The translations under genes and the position numbers were made by a program. DNA of 64,000 nucleotides from Octopus sinensis (Eukaryota), in the NCBI RefSeq assembly GCF_006345805.1, contig NC_043011.1:13404464-13468463 (forward strand), in the 5' to 3' direction. Positions 25,654-38,689 of this stretch are shown piece after piece (the first letter of the stretch is position 1; each line of letters begins with the position of its first letter). A model generated the notes under the pieces. The model was not told the origin of the DNA. It made no database searches and saw only the letters and a program-made list of their open reading frames with translations.

Positions 25654-28031
25654 TCCCTGAAGCATTAAAATCTTTTCACTGCATCTCTCTAATTAAACGG
25701 TAATCTCAAATACATGCAAATGAAATTTTTTTGTTTATTGTGAAAGGGATTTGGTAGAAAGCTTTCCTAATATCAAGTTTAGGAATTATTTTATTTGATG
25801 GAGAAAGAAAATTGGATATTTGTTGTTCACAGTAGTCCTTATGTGAAAAATGGATTTCAGGGCTCTGTGGAGCAGAGAGAACTAGTTGCTGTGATGGCGA
25901 AATAATTCTAAGAACATGTCTTTTCATTAAAATTAATTTTACCAAATTTAGTTGTTTAACTTGTCAGCACACTGGATCAGAGGCATTCCAGCTGAGATAA
26001 TTCTGTTTTTATAAATCTAACTCTGCATTGTTCAGTATATCCCTATATGATTGCTATTGTGATTTGAGGAAAATTTGGTCATTTCTAAATGGTCAAGTGA
26101 CTATGTAGTGGATGTCATATTGACTTGCAGATTTAGTCTGTAAAGGATAGTAGATTTGTGATTGGATTCTGTTTCTTCAGTAATTGTTGCTATGGTTACA
26201 GGATGGACTGTTGTGATTTCTCGACTCTGTGATTGAGCTAAACAACAATTCAAAGATCAGTGAAACAATTGTCTGACTGAGGAAGGTTGTCCAATTACAA
26301 TAGACTTGGAAGTTGAATTGTACTAAGTTTCCGAAAGACACACCTAAGAAATATCTGCTGGAATTATAGGCATCACTTGAAGTTGAATGTAACGAGTATC
26401 TATTCAAATGCCTTGCTAGTTCATTATGAAAGATATATTGTTGTGGTTACTTAGGAAATATATTGTTGACCCTTAATGAAACAAAGAGAACATGTTACTT
26501 TTCTACCAATACTACTTTTGCATTTAGTCTGTTAATTATACTTTCATGCTTTTCAGCTAAATTTTAGCATAACAGATGTTCTGGTGAAGTGTTCCTGCTG
26601 TTACCATCCCATCTTTTATTTCATGCATGTTACATCTAGGACATTATGCTATGTGGAAGTTTTTTTAAAGTAGGACAGGATTTGAAGGGAATTTCGATGT
26701 TATTTCTATTAGTCAAACAAACGCTAGGTGATTGAGGCAGGCTACTTTGATGGGATGAGACCCAGTTTGAAGGGTGTAGATTTTTTTTTATAACTTAGTT
26801 TCGTTTTTCTCTAAGGTGGGAAATCTTGTGTTCAAGATGAGCTCAGCTTTTCTTTATCTAATCAAATTGTCAGTATGGGTTGAGAGTTTTAGAAAAAGGT
26901 TCTGATACATGACATTAGGAATATTTTTGGAATATTTAGTGTTAGAATCTGATGTTTGGAGATTTTGCATCTTTCAATAGATATTGATCAAGCTGTTCCA
27001 AATGCTGAAAAGATAAGTAGGTCACTGGAGGAATAAGGGAGCTTCAGCTCATATACATTCTCTAGTAGTAGGTAGGACTTGCATGGCAAGATCATATTTG
27101 GGTCATTTAGCAGTAATGTGTCTATTAAATGTAGTTCACCTTAGGTGAGCCAGTTGCAGATTTTGGCTCCAATATTGAATGGACTTAACCACTATGATAG
27201 TGATTCACTTTTGTTGACCAGTCTTAGTGTGTTCTACTATAGATTTCCAGCATGACTTTATCTTCTGGGTCGACTTAAATATGAACAATTTTGCAATGAT
27301 AAAAAAAAAACTGAGATTACAGGAAAACACCAATTATATTAAGTAGAACCATGAACATCCAGATTGAGTTTATAACTCTAGTGTTGTTTGATTGAATCAT
27401 AAAGTTTCTGAAGCTGAACTTTAATAATGCGATGAACCATGGGTAAATAGTTATTGCTTGATATGTGCTGGAATGAGCAGTGTGGCTGGAGATGGGAAAT
27501 ATCTTATGGGTGCAGTTTGCAAACAAAATACAAATAGTTTAATAGTTTTGTTACATAGTGAGTTGGGAAAGTTTGGGCAATTAAAAAAATTCTCACTAAG
27601 AATGCTTAAAATGTTAAAAAAAAACAACAAATTCAATTCTACGTCTTAAACATGTTTTGTTAAATACATTCACTACATTTTCTATATCTCCCAAAAAACT
27701 TCAATTGATGTTAGTTCTCTCTTATTTTCAGATTTTTAAGCCCTCCTTGAGGGAATTTTTGTCTGATAATTGAAGTTTTACATCTTACTATAATAAAAAT
27801 GAGATCCTACTATAACAGTAATGATTAGTTGTGAGGCAGTTAACTGAATCAACCAACTGTGCCAACCATTTTAAGTGCTGGCTGTGAAGTTTTGTCATAT
27901 GTTGCAAACTAGCAAGCATATTGGTTAGAGAGATGTTTTGACTTTTAGCAATCTACTGTTCAGTTCTGTTTATTTTATTCAATAGGTTTTGCTGAATAAC
28001 TTGATTGGCTTCTTTGAAAAGCTTTGTAGTA

Positions 28032-28243
28032 CAGTAATCCCTCGACTACGGCAGGTGTTACATTCCAAAACCCCTGCAATAGGTAAAAATCCACAAAGTA
28101 GAAACAGTACTGTACTGTAGATTTTAAAAAAATTATTTTTATAATTTGTATATATTTTATTATAAATGTAAAACGCTACAGAGGAGTCTATGCTTAAATA
28201 ATAAACCGTGAAAGGTGAACCACAATATAGCAAGGGATTACTG
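28032..28243. mobile_element. pogo/Tigger-like MITE
   Basis: TA-CAGTAATCCCTCG...CAAGGGATTACTG-TA inverted termini with TA duplication. Confidence 0.8.
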
Positions 28244-28272
28244 TAAAAGACTTGAGCTTAGACTGTCTTTAA

Positions 28273-28619
28273 CCCTTTTGTTACTGTATTTGTCATATAT
28301 TGTGTTTCAATTAATTTTTAAAATAATGAAGAATTTAGTAAAATAACTTTATTTGGAACAAATTAACATTAAATTTTGATACGTATTAACTTAGATAAAT
28401 TTAATCCTTTGGACTGGCTAAACCAGTCATATCGAGCCCTAAGATTCTACTGGTTTTCTGTTTAAACTGGCCAAATCTAGCTTATCACACCTACCCTACA
28501 AGTTTATTCTAAAAATAAACAATCACATAATCAAAATCTCAAAGTTAAAAGATATATAATTCATTCAAAGCAATGTGAATCAAGTATTACCTTTCACAGA
28601 GTAATTTGAATACTAAAGG
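28273..28619. mobile_element. TTAA-flanked non-autonomous element (piggyBac-like)
   Basis: TTAA-CCCTTT...AAAGG-TTAA; related pieces at about 10490-10710, 37508-37727, 41300-41505 and 62640-62835. Confidence 0.55.
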
Positions 28620-29203
28620 TTAAAACAGCAAGTTTGAAAGATAGAACCAGGGGAAATTTTGGGTGGGTTGGTAGTTGGTATCAAAAGCTTGGTATAAATT
28701 AGTTTGCTAAATCTGTTCATTGTCTTAAAAAAAAAATGATGCTAATCCTAGATTAATTGATCAAGCAGAAGTATTTATCTGCCGATACAAGTAAATGCAT
28801 GAATTTTCATTTGCTGCATTTGGGAGGGAAAATGGAATACAGTTGGCTGTAAAATATTTACCTTAGAAACAGCATACACATTATCAACTTCTTTTTTTTT
28901 TTTTTTTTTTTTTTTTATTAGGCTTTTCATCATTAGCAGTATGTACCTCTAATGTTAAGAATAACCCTGAAATTTTTCAAATTTGACTTCGAATTTCTAG
29001 TGATGATTAATCTGATGTACCATTGCTTTTCGGCTTGTTAAGTTCCTCATTTCTTACATTGTTGAAAATGTTATAAAGAGCTACTTAGACTCTACATAAC
29101 TCACACATGTTGTAACAATCGCCAATGGATCTTATTGGAGTAGTATGTAGCAGACACAGGTGGGAAAAAATCTAGGATTTCTCTTGCAAGTGAAGCCTTA
29201 AAT

Positions 29204-29482
29204 CAGTGGTTCCCAAACTTTTTCAGGCTGCTGCCCCTTTGGCACCTAGGCTGCATTCCAAGTGCTTCCTCCACTCACCACCACAAACATAGACCACTTT
29301 CTGTAGCAGATTCAAAACCACTGTATTTCATAAATAAAAATTGAACCTAATTAACCCATTATTCATTTTCGTTTACATCCTTCGCCACTTTTGACAATCC
29401 CATTATCACCCCACTTTCTTCAATGCTCCCCTTGGATCTTTCCCCTGCAAAGGGGCAGTACTGCCCACCTTGGGAACCACTG
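29204..29482. mobile_element. hAT-type MITE
   Basis: TIR CAGTGGTTCCCAA; 8-bp flanks CCTTAAAT / CTTTAAAT (one mismatch). Confidence 0.85.
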
Positions 29483-29567
29483 CTTTAAATGTTGGGTAGA
29501 TAACAAAAAAATGAATCTTAAAATTTATAATAGTATATGCATATTACACATTTTATTTCACTTTCAG

Positions 29568-29659
29568 GCCCAGCTTGCAAAGATGTTGATTCTCTAAAGA
29601 AGATGATGATTGAAGGAATGGATGTTGCCAGACTTAATTTTTCTCATGGATCATATGAA
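29568..29659 (+). CDS. Pyk: PK gene 1, exon B (92 bp)
   Basis: tttcAG / GTaaat; encodes (G)PACKDVDSLKKMMIEGMDVARLNFSHGSYE with the PK motif RLNFSHG. Confidence 0.97.
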
Positions 29660-30132
29660 GTAAATATCGGTTCTGTTTTTAACCTTTTAAATATTCATTT
29701 CAATGATAAAATTATTGCGATAATTTTAATCACACATGCAGGGTGTTTCAAATGTTTTGAGTCTGATAACGAAATAAAAATAGGTATTTTCTTTTCCTGC
29801 TGTTGTGTCCTTAAATATTTTAGTCTTACTTTTTTAACATCCCTTGTAAAACCTATTTCTTATTTTATTTTTAAGCAAATATATAAAATAATTTTAAGTT
29901 TTTACAAGTTAGAACTTTTATATTATGAATCTAATTTTTAGTCTGTAAAATAGTGGTTAACTCCTAATGTGTTTTGCTCTTTATTTTTTTATTTTTCTAA
30001 ACATAAGAATATTGGAAAGGTATCTTCATGTTTCCCTTTATATCTGTTAATTTCACCATAAATACGCTAATATGTAAAACAATTACATTTCATGGAAAGA
30101 TATATTTTACTGTTAAAAATTGTTTGTTTCAG

Positions 30133-30252
30133 TACCATGGTGAAACTATTAAGAATGTGAGAGAAGCTACCCAGAAGTTTGATAAACCGAAGATAATTGC
30201 TGTTGCACTGGATACAAAAGGACCCGAGATAAGAACAGGCCTTCTCAAGGGT
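30133..30252 (+). CDS. Pyk: PK gene 1, exon C (120 bp)
   Basis: tttcAG / GTaagt; YHGETIKNVRE...ALDTKGPEIRTGLLKG with the PK motif DTKGPEIR. Confidence 0.97.
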
Positions 30253-32099
30253 GTAAGTTGAGTTTAAAATTATTGAGAACACGAGAAATGTAAACCATTT
30301 TCCAGCTGAATTTGTAGGACTGATAAGGCTTCATTTACAAAAATTAAAAATGAGTAGCTTATGTGAAAATGTGCAATGTTGATTTGGTGTGACAATTAAT
30401 TTCTTGGTTTATTGTAGGCGGTTAACAACCGAGAGATTGAGCAAATGAAAGCAATTAATGTTGCATTATTTTGGTATCTGTTTTTGCAGACTTTTGAGAC
30501 TCAATAAGATCCTCAAAGTCTGATCTTCATGACCTTTTCAGTCATGCACATAAGATCCTTTTTAGATGTAGTACATGGACTACACTATTCACTGTGACCA
30601 TTTTTTCCTTTAAAATGGTTGTGATTTGATGGGATTTGGTTACTATTCGTAACAAGTCTAGTGATCCCTAATACTCTTTTACTGGCTCATTTGCTTTACT
30701 GTAGGATGTGGTCGTGACCATAGCAGGACAGTTGAGTGGATTTGATTGTAGTGCAATGGTTCTTTTGCCCCCATCATCATTGGTGTGCATATCAACACAG
30801 CTTTTAGGATGTTTAATTTTGTTTGATCATTTTGCTGGCATGGGTTGATAATTTTGTTATTGTGTTTGTCTGAAAAGACATAATATACATGCAGGTATCA
30901 CAATCAATCATTCTATTTAGGCTGCAGAGTATTGTGAAACAACAAGGGAATTTCTGTGGTTGTTCTATCTGCTAGAAATAGCAACCAAATTTCCATCAAA
31001 TCATGCTTGTCTTTGAAAAGGACACATTGCATAACATGGGCCTAGGTACCCTACACATGAAAAAAAGCAATGATGACAATGCTCTTGATCGTAAAGCTGC
31101 TTGATCAGGGCTAACTTGGGGCTAAACAACAATCTTAAGACTTCCAAACAGCATTATTGAGGAAACTTCAGTGTGCACAATACATTCTGATGATACAAAA
31201 ATAGCTCTTCCCTTAACCCTTCCACAGACATTAAATTCTGGATACATGGCTGAAATATACACCACACCACGCATTAATTTTATATATACACATTAGCAAA
31301 TTGCTAAATCATCCAATTATTTGGATGACAAAAACATAAATGCTAATGGTGAAGCGAGTCCAGAAGGGGCCAAAGGCAAGCTGGCTTAACTGATGAGGCA
31401 ACAGGAAATTGCTGAAACTGATGCATCAGTATTAAGCATTCTTGATTGGCATTTTTCGGATGATTATTATAATAATAATAATAATGAAATTATTGTATAC
31501 AGTGCTCTTGTCAAACTGGAGGATACCCCTGCTCCAGATCGATTTGCTGTCTTGCAGACTTTGACATATTTTCTGTTATTTGTTCTGTACCAGCCGCATT
31601 GTGGTTTCTGCAATTAGAGAGGATGGGGAACTTAGTTTTCTTTCTTTCTTTCTTCTTGTTCCATCTTTTTGCATCAGCCTTCATGTTTTTCTTATTTTCT
31701 CCCTGTCCAGTGCCCTAATTTTTTAAAATATATTTAACACATAAACTGAGCCTGACATGGTGTGTTTTATAAATATGCCTATTTAAGGTTACATAAAAGC
31801 ATGAAACTATCAGTAGCTCTTATGATAGCATGCTCTTAAGGTAGTGAGTGGCTATAACTACATGCCCTACTGGGTATGTAGTTATAGCCTAAATCTGAAT
31901 TGACATTTACTGCATTAGGTAGCTATTATATTAAGAATTTTGCATATACCATAATTAATTCTCTAATATTTTGAAAAAAAAGAACGAAAAAAAAAAACTA
32001 TCTAACAACGTTATTTCCAGTTTAGCATAGTTGGAAAATCTAGGATTCTGCCTTTTCCATCAGGAATGTGAGCAGGTAGTTTTGATTTATTTTAATTTT

Positions 32100-32460
32100 T
32101 TTTTTTTTCAATTCAATTCAATTTTTATTGGCTCAAAAAGCAAAAGCCATGTAGGGGTACAGGGAGTTATGTACAGGGAGGGTGGTCATACAAAGAGTTC
32201 AGGCCATTTCTGGTCAAGAGAGACTTTGAACCGAGCGGTCGTCGGCATCTTCACTATCTCGTCCGGCAGCTTATTCCACGAATCCACAACCCGGACGGAG
32301 AAAGCCCCTCTCCTTCGATTGAGATGAAATCGTTGTAGATAGACCTTTGCGGAGTGACCCCGCAGCCCATGCTCTGGAGCAGGAGTGAAGAACAGCTCTT
32401 TCGAGAGGTTACACTTTCCACTTATGATGTTTGAATGTCCCTTGATTAAGTTCCTTATCA
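32100..32460 (-). mobile_element. CR1-like LINE 3' fragment (second family)
   Basis: LRGHSAKVYLQRFHLNRRRGAFSVRVVDSWNKLP motif; (TTGAA)n/poly-A tail. Confidence 0.85.
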
Positions 32461-32609
32461 CTTGATGAATACTTAAATTTCTCAGATATTTTCAGAATAT
32501 TAGTTGTAAATATTGACTATAGATAATGAAAGTATATACAGTTTTGTTTTTCATTGATGATTGTTTTGATGTTTTTGAATACTTATTAATGACTTAAAAT
32601 TGTTTTCAG

Positions 32610-32796
32610 GGTCCCTCAGCTGAAGTGTCTTTGAAAACGGGAGCAAAAATAAAGATTACAACAAATGAGAGTGCTATGGAGGCTTGTGATGAAAATACTT
32701 TGTATGTTGATTACAAAAACATTACCAAAGTCATGAAAGTAGGATCTCGAATGTACATTGATGATGGCTTAATTTCTGTTATTGTTAAAAACATGG
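32610..32796 (+). CDS. Pyk: PK gene 1, exon D (187 bp, B domain)
   Basis: ttttcAG / GTaata; GPSAEVSLKTG...YVDYKNITK...YIDDGLISVIVKNM. Confidence 0.96.
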
Positions 32797-33504
32797 GTAA
32801 TATTTTTATTTGATTTTTATATTCTATCATATTTAGAAATCCAAGAATCTGTAGTACTCTTAAAAACAAAACGTTATTTTGATGTTTCTTATATAAGTGC
32901 CATAAAACTTGAAAGATTTATTTGTCAGTGCTTCTAATCTTCATAAACACATTGGATTGATTTGTGTTAGAATATATTGATCAAAAATAAAGCTGTGATA
33001 GAGAAAAGAGACGAATGATATATAATGGGAAATGGTTGTGGAAGAGTTTGGTTAATTGAAGGTGAAATAAATTAGCATTTATCAGCATTGAAAGAAAATG
33101 GCTTTTTTTTATATCTAAAGTGAGAAGAATAGAAAGATGGAAATACTATGAGTGTAATTATAAAAAAAAGAATGCAAAACATTAATAAAAAACAAATGTT
33201 TTTAACATCAGCATATAAATATTGATGGGTAATTATTCTCGTAGAATACTTTGAAGTATTTTATTTTCATAAGTTTCTCTGAAGTTCACTGGTTTAAGAT
33301 CAATGAACCTTTAACTTGATTTTGGTTCCTTTGTTCTGGTCCACTGGAGGATTTTATATTTACCAGGGTCTCACTATGCTATTGACCATTAACTGCTTTT
33401 ACAGCTGGTTATTCCTTATCAGTTCAAAATAGGAACAGCACTTATTTCCAGCTTGATAACATTAAACAAAGTATATTTTTTTTTAATTTGCATTTGTTTT
33501 TCCT

Positions 33505-34347
33505 CAGTCAGGCAACTGCAAAAGAAGTATTTAGTTAAGAACAAACTGTTGTACTTGGCATTTGTTGATCTAGAGAAAACCTTTGACAGGGTACCCCACT
33601 CTGTGATATAGTGGTCCTTGAGAAAGCTAGGGATAGATGAATGGCTTGTGAAAGCTCTATAGTACAGGAATGCTGGTAGTAAGTTAAGAGTTGGCCATGG
33701 GTACACTAAGGAATTTAATGTACAGGTCAGTGTTCACCAAGGGTCAGTTCTCAGCCCCCTCCTATTCATCTTCCTCTAGGCCATAACAGAGGAATTTAAG
33801 ATTGGAAGCCCATGGCAACGCCTATATTGCTGATCTTGCCCTTGTAGCTGAATTTGTAACAGAATTAGAAAAGAAATTCCAGATGTGGAAACAGAACTTG
33901 CAATCTAAGCATCTTAGTAAACTTAGCAAAAAATAAGGTCCTAGTGAGCAAAAATCAGAGAGGACCTTTCACCCATCAGGTAAATGGCCTGGCTTGGTAT
34001 ATAGGAAGGGTGTACGCAGAAATTCCTTTTGGTATACCCAGTGCAAGCCGTGGACACGCAAAAGGTGCAGTGGAATAGTTGGAAGATTAACGGAGAAAGT
34101 GTTCATACTTGGAAGACGTATGGGAGACATAAAGACCACAGATACACGGGAAACTGATATCCTTAAATATCCCGGTGACTTTCTGGAAGTTTTAGATAAT
34201 TTTTGCTACCCAGGTAACCTAGCAGTGGAGGAGGTTGTACAGAAAATGTAATTGATAGAATAAAAATAGGATGAAAAAAGTTCAGAGAGCTTTTACCAAA
34301 AGTCTTCCTCTCCAAGTGAAGGGAAGGGAAGGTTGTATGATGCATGT
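33505..34347 (+). mobile_element. RTE-like LINE reverse transcriptase fragment
   Basis: LYLAFVDLEKTFDRVP...VHQGSVLSPLLF RT motifs with stops and frameshifts. Confidence 0.85.
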
Positions 34348-34382
34348 AGGCCCTGGTTAAACTTGGTATCTTTAAATTGTAG

Positions 34383-34525
34383 GTTCTGACTATATGGATT
34401 GTGAAATTGAAAATGGTGGTGACCTTGGTAGTAAGAAAGGCTGCAATTTACCTGGAGTTCCTGTTGATTTGCCTGCTGTATCAGAAAAAGATAAACAAGA
34501 TTTGCTATTCGGTGTAGAACAAGAC
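34383..34525 (+). CDS. Pyk: PK gene 1, exon E (143 bp)
   Basis: ttgtAG / GTatgt; [47 protein letters not shown]. Confidence 0.96.
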
Positions 34526-34633
34526 GTATGTAATTTTTTTTTTTTTTTTTTTTTCTTCCAGAGTTTAATATTGAATATTGGTTTATTTTACAAAATCTTG
34601 ACACTTTCTCAATTTAATTCGTTTGTTATTTAG

Positions 34634-34761
34634 GTTGATATGGTGTTTGCTTCTTTTATAAGAAGTGCTGATGGTGTTCGAGAAATCAGAAAAATTCTTG
34701 GAGAGAAAGGAAAAGACATTAAAATTTTTGTGAAAATTGAAAACCACCAAGGCGTGAAAAA
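34634..34761 (+). CDS. Pyk: PK gene 1, exon F (128 bp)
   Basis: atttAG / GTaatt; [10 protein letters not shown]...[14 protein letters not shown], containing the catalytic K and E of the PK active-site signature (KIEN). Confidence 0.96.
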
Positions 34762-34840
34762 GTAATTATTTCAAATTAAATTTTTTGCTTCCCCATCAGT
34801 TTGTTGAACATCTTTGACAATTTTATTTCTTCTGTTTCAG

Positions 34841-34991
34841 CTTTGATGAAATTTTGAAGGAAACTGATGGGGTCATGGTTGCGCGTGGTGATTTGGGTAT
34901 TGAGATTCCTCCTGAAAAAGTGTTTTTAGCCCAGAAGATGATGATAGCTAAATGCAACAAAGCTGGTAAACCTGTTATTTGTGCCACTCAG
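34841..34991 (+). CDS. Pyk: PK gene 1, exon G (151 bp)
   Basis: tttcAG / GTatgt; [27 protein letters not shown]...KPVICATQ. Confidence 0.98.
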
Positions 34992-35708
34992 GTATGTATG
35001 TACATAATTGTTTGGTGTCTTTCATTATATAACCACTAAAATTGTTTTGTTTGCAGATCAAAAGTCATCAGTTCAGAATGTTCCATAGACATTAAATGTA
35101 ATATTTCACTGTCCTACCCTGATGTAATCTCCAGGATACAGGCATTCAGAAACAGGACCTCCGTAATGCTATGATGGACCATGAAGTCTAGCGTAACATA
35201 GTAAATTCCATTGTCTCGACCATGGTCGAACAATGATGATGAATATTTCAGCCTATTGGGATAGAAAATAAATACTAGTTGCAATTAACGGTTCATTTAA
35301 CTCCAGGAAGCTCTTAAAATTATCTTCAATTTAGAAAACTCATTCAGCCAGCTTTATCAATCTTATTTACTTTTAGCTTTAGTCTCTTTTGTTTATTTCT
35401 CTTAATGCAGACAATTCTATAATTATCTGATAATTCTTAAATCAAATGTTTTACCTGACATTTGTCAGCCTTTCAATTTAGTTTCAGTAAATTTTTGTTT
35501 TCTTGCTCACATCTATATATTTTCTTGGACATTAGCTGTTAACTATTTAAACTTAATTTGTCACAAGTTATCACACCAAGTGTAGTTTTATAGGCTTTGA
35601 AAATTCCATATCTGTTATTTATTTTGCTATCAAAACGAATTGTATTGTTGATACATTTAATTTGTACTGAATATATGCCTTTCAGTTCCAGTATCAATTA
35701 TATCCTTC

Positions 35709-35893
35709 GCAAATATAAGGACACAGGAAATGTGTCAAAGCCGACAGGAAGCGTCGATGCTTCCTAAGGCTATATAGGAGTGATGTAATTCCCTTTACGG
35801 GACTGTCACGTTATGTTGACAGTATACAACCACTATCGCTCCACCACCACTCATGTCTCTTTGAGACATTTAGAAATTCAATATTTCTAATTA
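35709..35893. mobile_element. Single-arm fragment of the same foldback element
   Basis: Matches 9390-9515 and continues as the reverse complement of 9024-9082. Confidence 0.8.
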
Positions 35894-36196
35894 TAATATT
35901 GTTTCAAGGAAATACTTTAGGTTGTTATTGCCAGGAATTAACCAAAGCTTTGTGAATGAAATTTGTTTGACGGAAGCTGCCTGTTGAAGAGATCCGTCTC
36001 TATTCTTACCTGGTTTAACACTGCCAGTTAGCCCTTGTATTCAGGTCTTTCACAAAGTTCACTCTGTAGCAAGCATTCAGGCAGATCTGTGTATGCATCC
36101 AAGTTAGAAAAGCTTATATATAAAGTAAATATTTTTTTTTTTTTTCGTTATTGAGGTTGCTTACATTTCACAGAGATGATCAATTTATTTTATCAG

Positions 36197-36349
36197 ATGT
36201 TGGAAAGTATGGTGAAGAAACCACGTCCAACTCGAGCTGAAGCTGGTGATGTTGCAAATGCTGTTCTGGATGGTGCAGACTGTGTTATGTTGTCAGGAGA
36301 AACTGCCAAAGGCTCCTATCCTTTGGATGCTGTTCGTATGATGGCTAAA
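36197..36349 (+). CDS. Pyk: PK gene 1, exon H (153 bp)
   Basis: tatcAG / GTaggt; [15 protein letters not shown]...[15 protein letters not shown]...MMAK. Confidence 0.98.
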
Positions 36350-37507
36350 GTAGGTGTTGATTGATAATGTTCAAAGCTATTTTATGATTTGTTATTAGTA
36401 TTTTTGTTGATTAGTATTTTTACAATTTTAATAAATTTGCCAAATTTTGTACGTTTAAAAAAATTTTTTTTTTTAACCATGTTAGGTGATAGACATAATC
36501 TGTTTCCTAGTTAAACATAACCTTTGTTTTAGCAGCTGTCTTTGTTGCAAACATTTGGGCTAGGTCAGAGAGTAACTTCCTCCCTTAAAGCTACGCTTTT
36601 GGGCACAAGCACAAGCAGGGCTGTTATAGGGTGCTAACCTGGCTGTGTAGTTAAGAAGTTGACTTTAAAACCACATGATTTGGGGTTTGCTCTAACTGTA
36701 TGGACACTGTTGGCAGGTGTCCATTGCTGTAGCCACACATTGACTAATAGCTTGTGAGTGAAATTTAGTAGGTAGAAACTGGAAAAAACCCCATTATGTA
36801 TGTGTTTGTGTTACTGTGTATTTCCTTTATCTTGATAAGTACATGCTTATTCTAAAGAAAACACTACCCTTCATACATATGGTATTATTTGTTTGCAATC
36901 TTATGTGGAAGCATGCCTGGGCTGTTTATTGTTTGGTTAGACCGTGGTTAATGTTACCTTACTTGGGTGACAGTCGGTGATAGTTCAAGCATCAAGCCAT
37001 AGAAAATTCTGCCTCCATGTAGTCTCATGTGACTTGTGCAAGCATGGGAAAAGAAATGTTGAAATGCTAATGATGAAAATGAGTTTATCAAAATTGGTTA
37101 ACATTGTAAATTGTGGTCACTGTAGACGTTATCCATAGCCTGTTTATTCATTCAAAATCTTTGCTGCTGTCATCTAGGATGTAGTAAGCACTGCTAAGGC
37201 TATGGTTCATGGAGGTCTATCAAGACAAACTTAACAACGGTCACTTGCTCCACAATGGATGCCTTATTTAATTTTTGTATTTCAAATTTCTCTCCCCTGC
37301 TATAATGAAGCTTAATATTATTTTGTCTCTCTACATCTACTTAGTCATTCAGTAAATTCTTTCCTCATTGTCTACATGTGTTTTGGTTCAGGCATAATTG
37401 TTTAGCTGACGAATTCAAGTTATAATAACATTCGTCTGGCTTGAGTTCACCAAGCAATGCTTTGAGCATCCTATTCTTGGGGGAAGAAATACTGCAAACA
37501 AGATTAA

Positions 37508-37727
37508 CCCTTTCGTTACCAACCCGACTGAAACTGGCTCTGGCTCTGAATACAAATGTCTTGTTTTCATAGATTTTGAATTAAAATCTTCCACGAAACC
37601 TTAGTCACAACTTATGTTCCTAACACTAGCTTAATGATAACTAAGTTATTTTACTAAATTCTTTGTCATATTTAAAATAATTGAAGGAAACACAGAGCAT
37701 CTCAAAATAAATACAGTAACAAAAGGG
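37508..37727. mobile_element. TTAA-flanked non-autonomous element, relative of 28273-28619 in opposite orientation
   Basis: TTAA-CCCTTT start; ends AAATACAGTAACAAAAGGG, the reverse complement of the start of the 28273 copy. Confidence 0.55.
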
Positions 37728-38376
37728 TTGAAGATAAGGACTTCTGGGCTGAGTTTGATGGCAAACAATGGCTGATGGAGTACTTTTGGAAGGAAGAACC
37801 CTCCATGTTGAGAAACAGTGAGCTGCTATGAAAACATTCCTGAAAGGAGAGGCTAGGAATGAGTTTGAGAGAAAGGTGGCCAAATGGATAGAGGAGAGTA
37901 TTTCTATTTTATAGAAAGAAGTGAAGAAGATTATGTTGGCAATAGTCAGGCTGAAAAAGAATAAAATCTGGCCAGTGCTAGACTTTTAGGAGCTGGAGGA
38001 GTGCATATCATGTCATACAGGCCGTGAGCCGGGAGCTATGATCGTTGGTATATCTGCAGTTCCACTTAACCTTTCTCTTGGTTTAAACTATCACCTGCCC
38101 CTTGGGTATCTTTTAATGGTTCACACTACTGCAAACATTCAGAGCAGGTTTCTAGTCTGAGAATAACTTCATATTATGATGCACTGCTTTTTTTTCCTTT
38201 GACATGTTCCTCAGTCTCAGATTTGTTCCTTTTTAAATATAGACTTAATGTACATTAAAATTTTCATTATAGAAAACCTTAGCAGTGTAACTGTATTATT
38301 CTCAGTTATGTAAATTTAAAGAATTTTTATCTTCCAATATGATTAATACTGTTGTTGTTCTATGTATTTTTCAAAG

Positions 38377-38543
38377 ATTGCTCGTGAAGCTGAATCTGCT
38401 GTGTTTCATAGTCAACTGTTTGAAGAACTCAGACGTCAGACACCAACTCCAACAGATGCTACCCACACCGTTGCAATTGCAGCTGTTGAAGCTTCATTCA
38501 AGTGTCATGCTGCTGCTATCATTGTTATTACAACAACTGGAAG
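38377..38543 (+). CDS. Pyk: PK gene 1, exon I (167 bp; equivalent of vertebrate PKM exon 9/10)
   Basis: tttttcaaAG / GTcagt; [11 protein letters not shown]...[11 protein letters not shown]. Confidence 0.95.
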
Positions 38544-38689
38544 GTCAGTAATATCAAAAAGTTTTGTAGCTTTGAATGATGAATGAAAATATATTGGCTC
38601 TCTCTCTTTCTCTCTCCCCACTCCACCTTCGGCGTAGGTTACACATTAGTGACTTCAAACTACAGGCACAAAGGATTCTAAGAAGCAAG

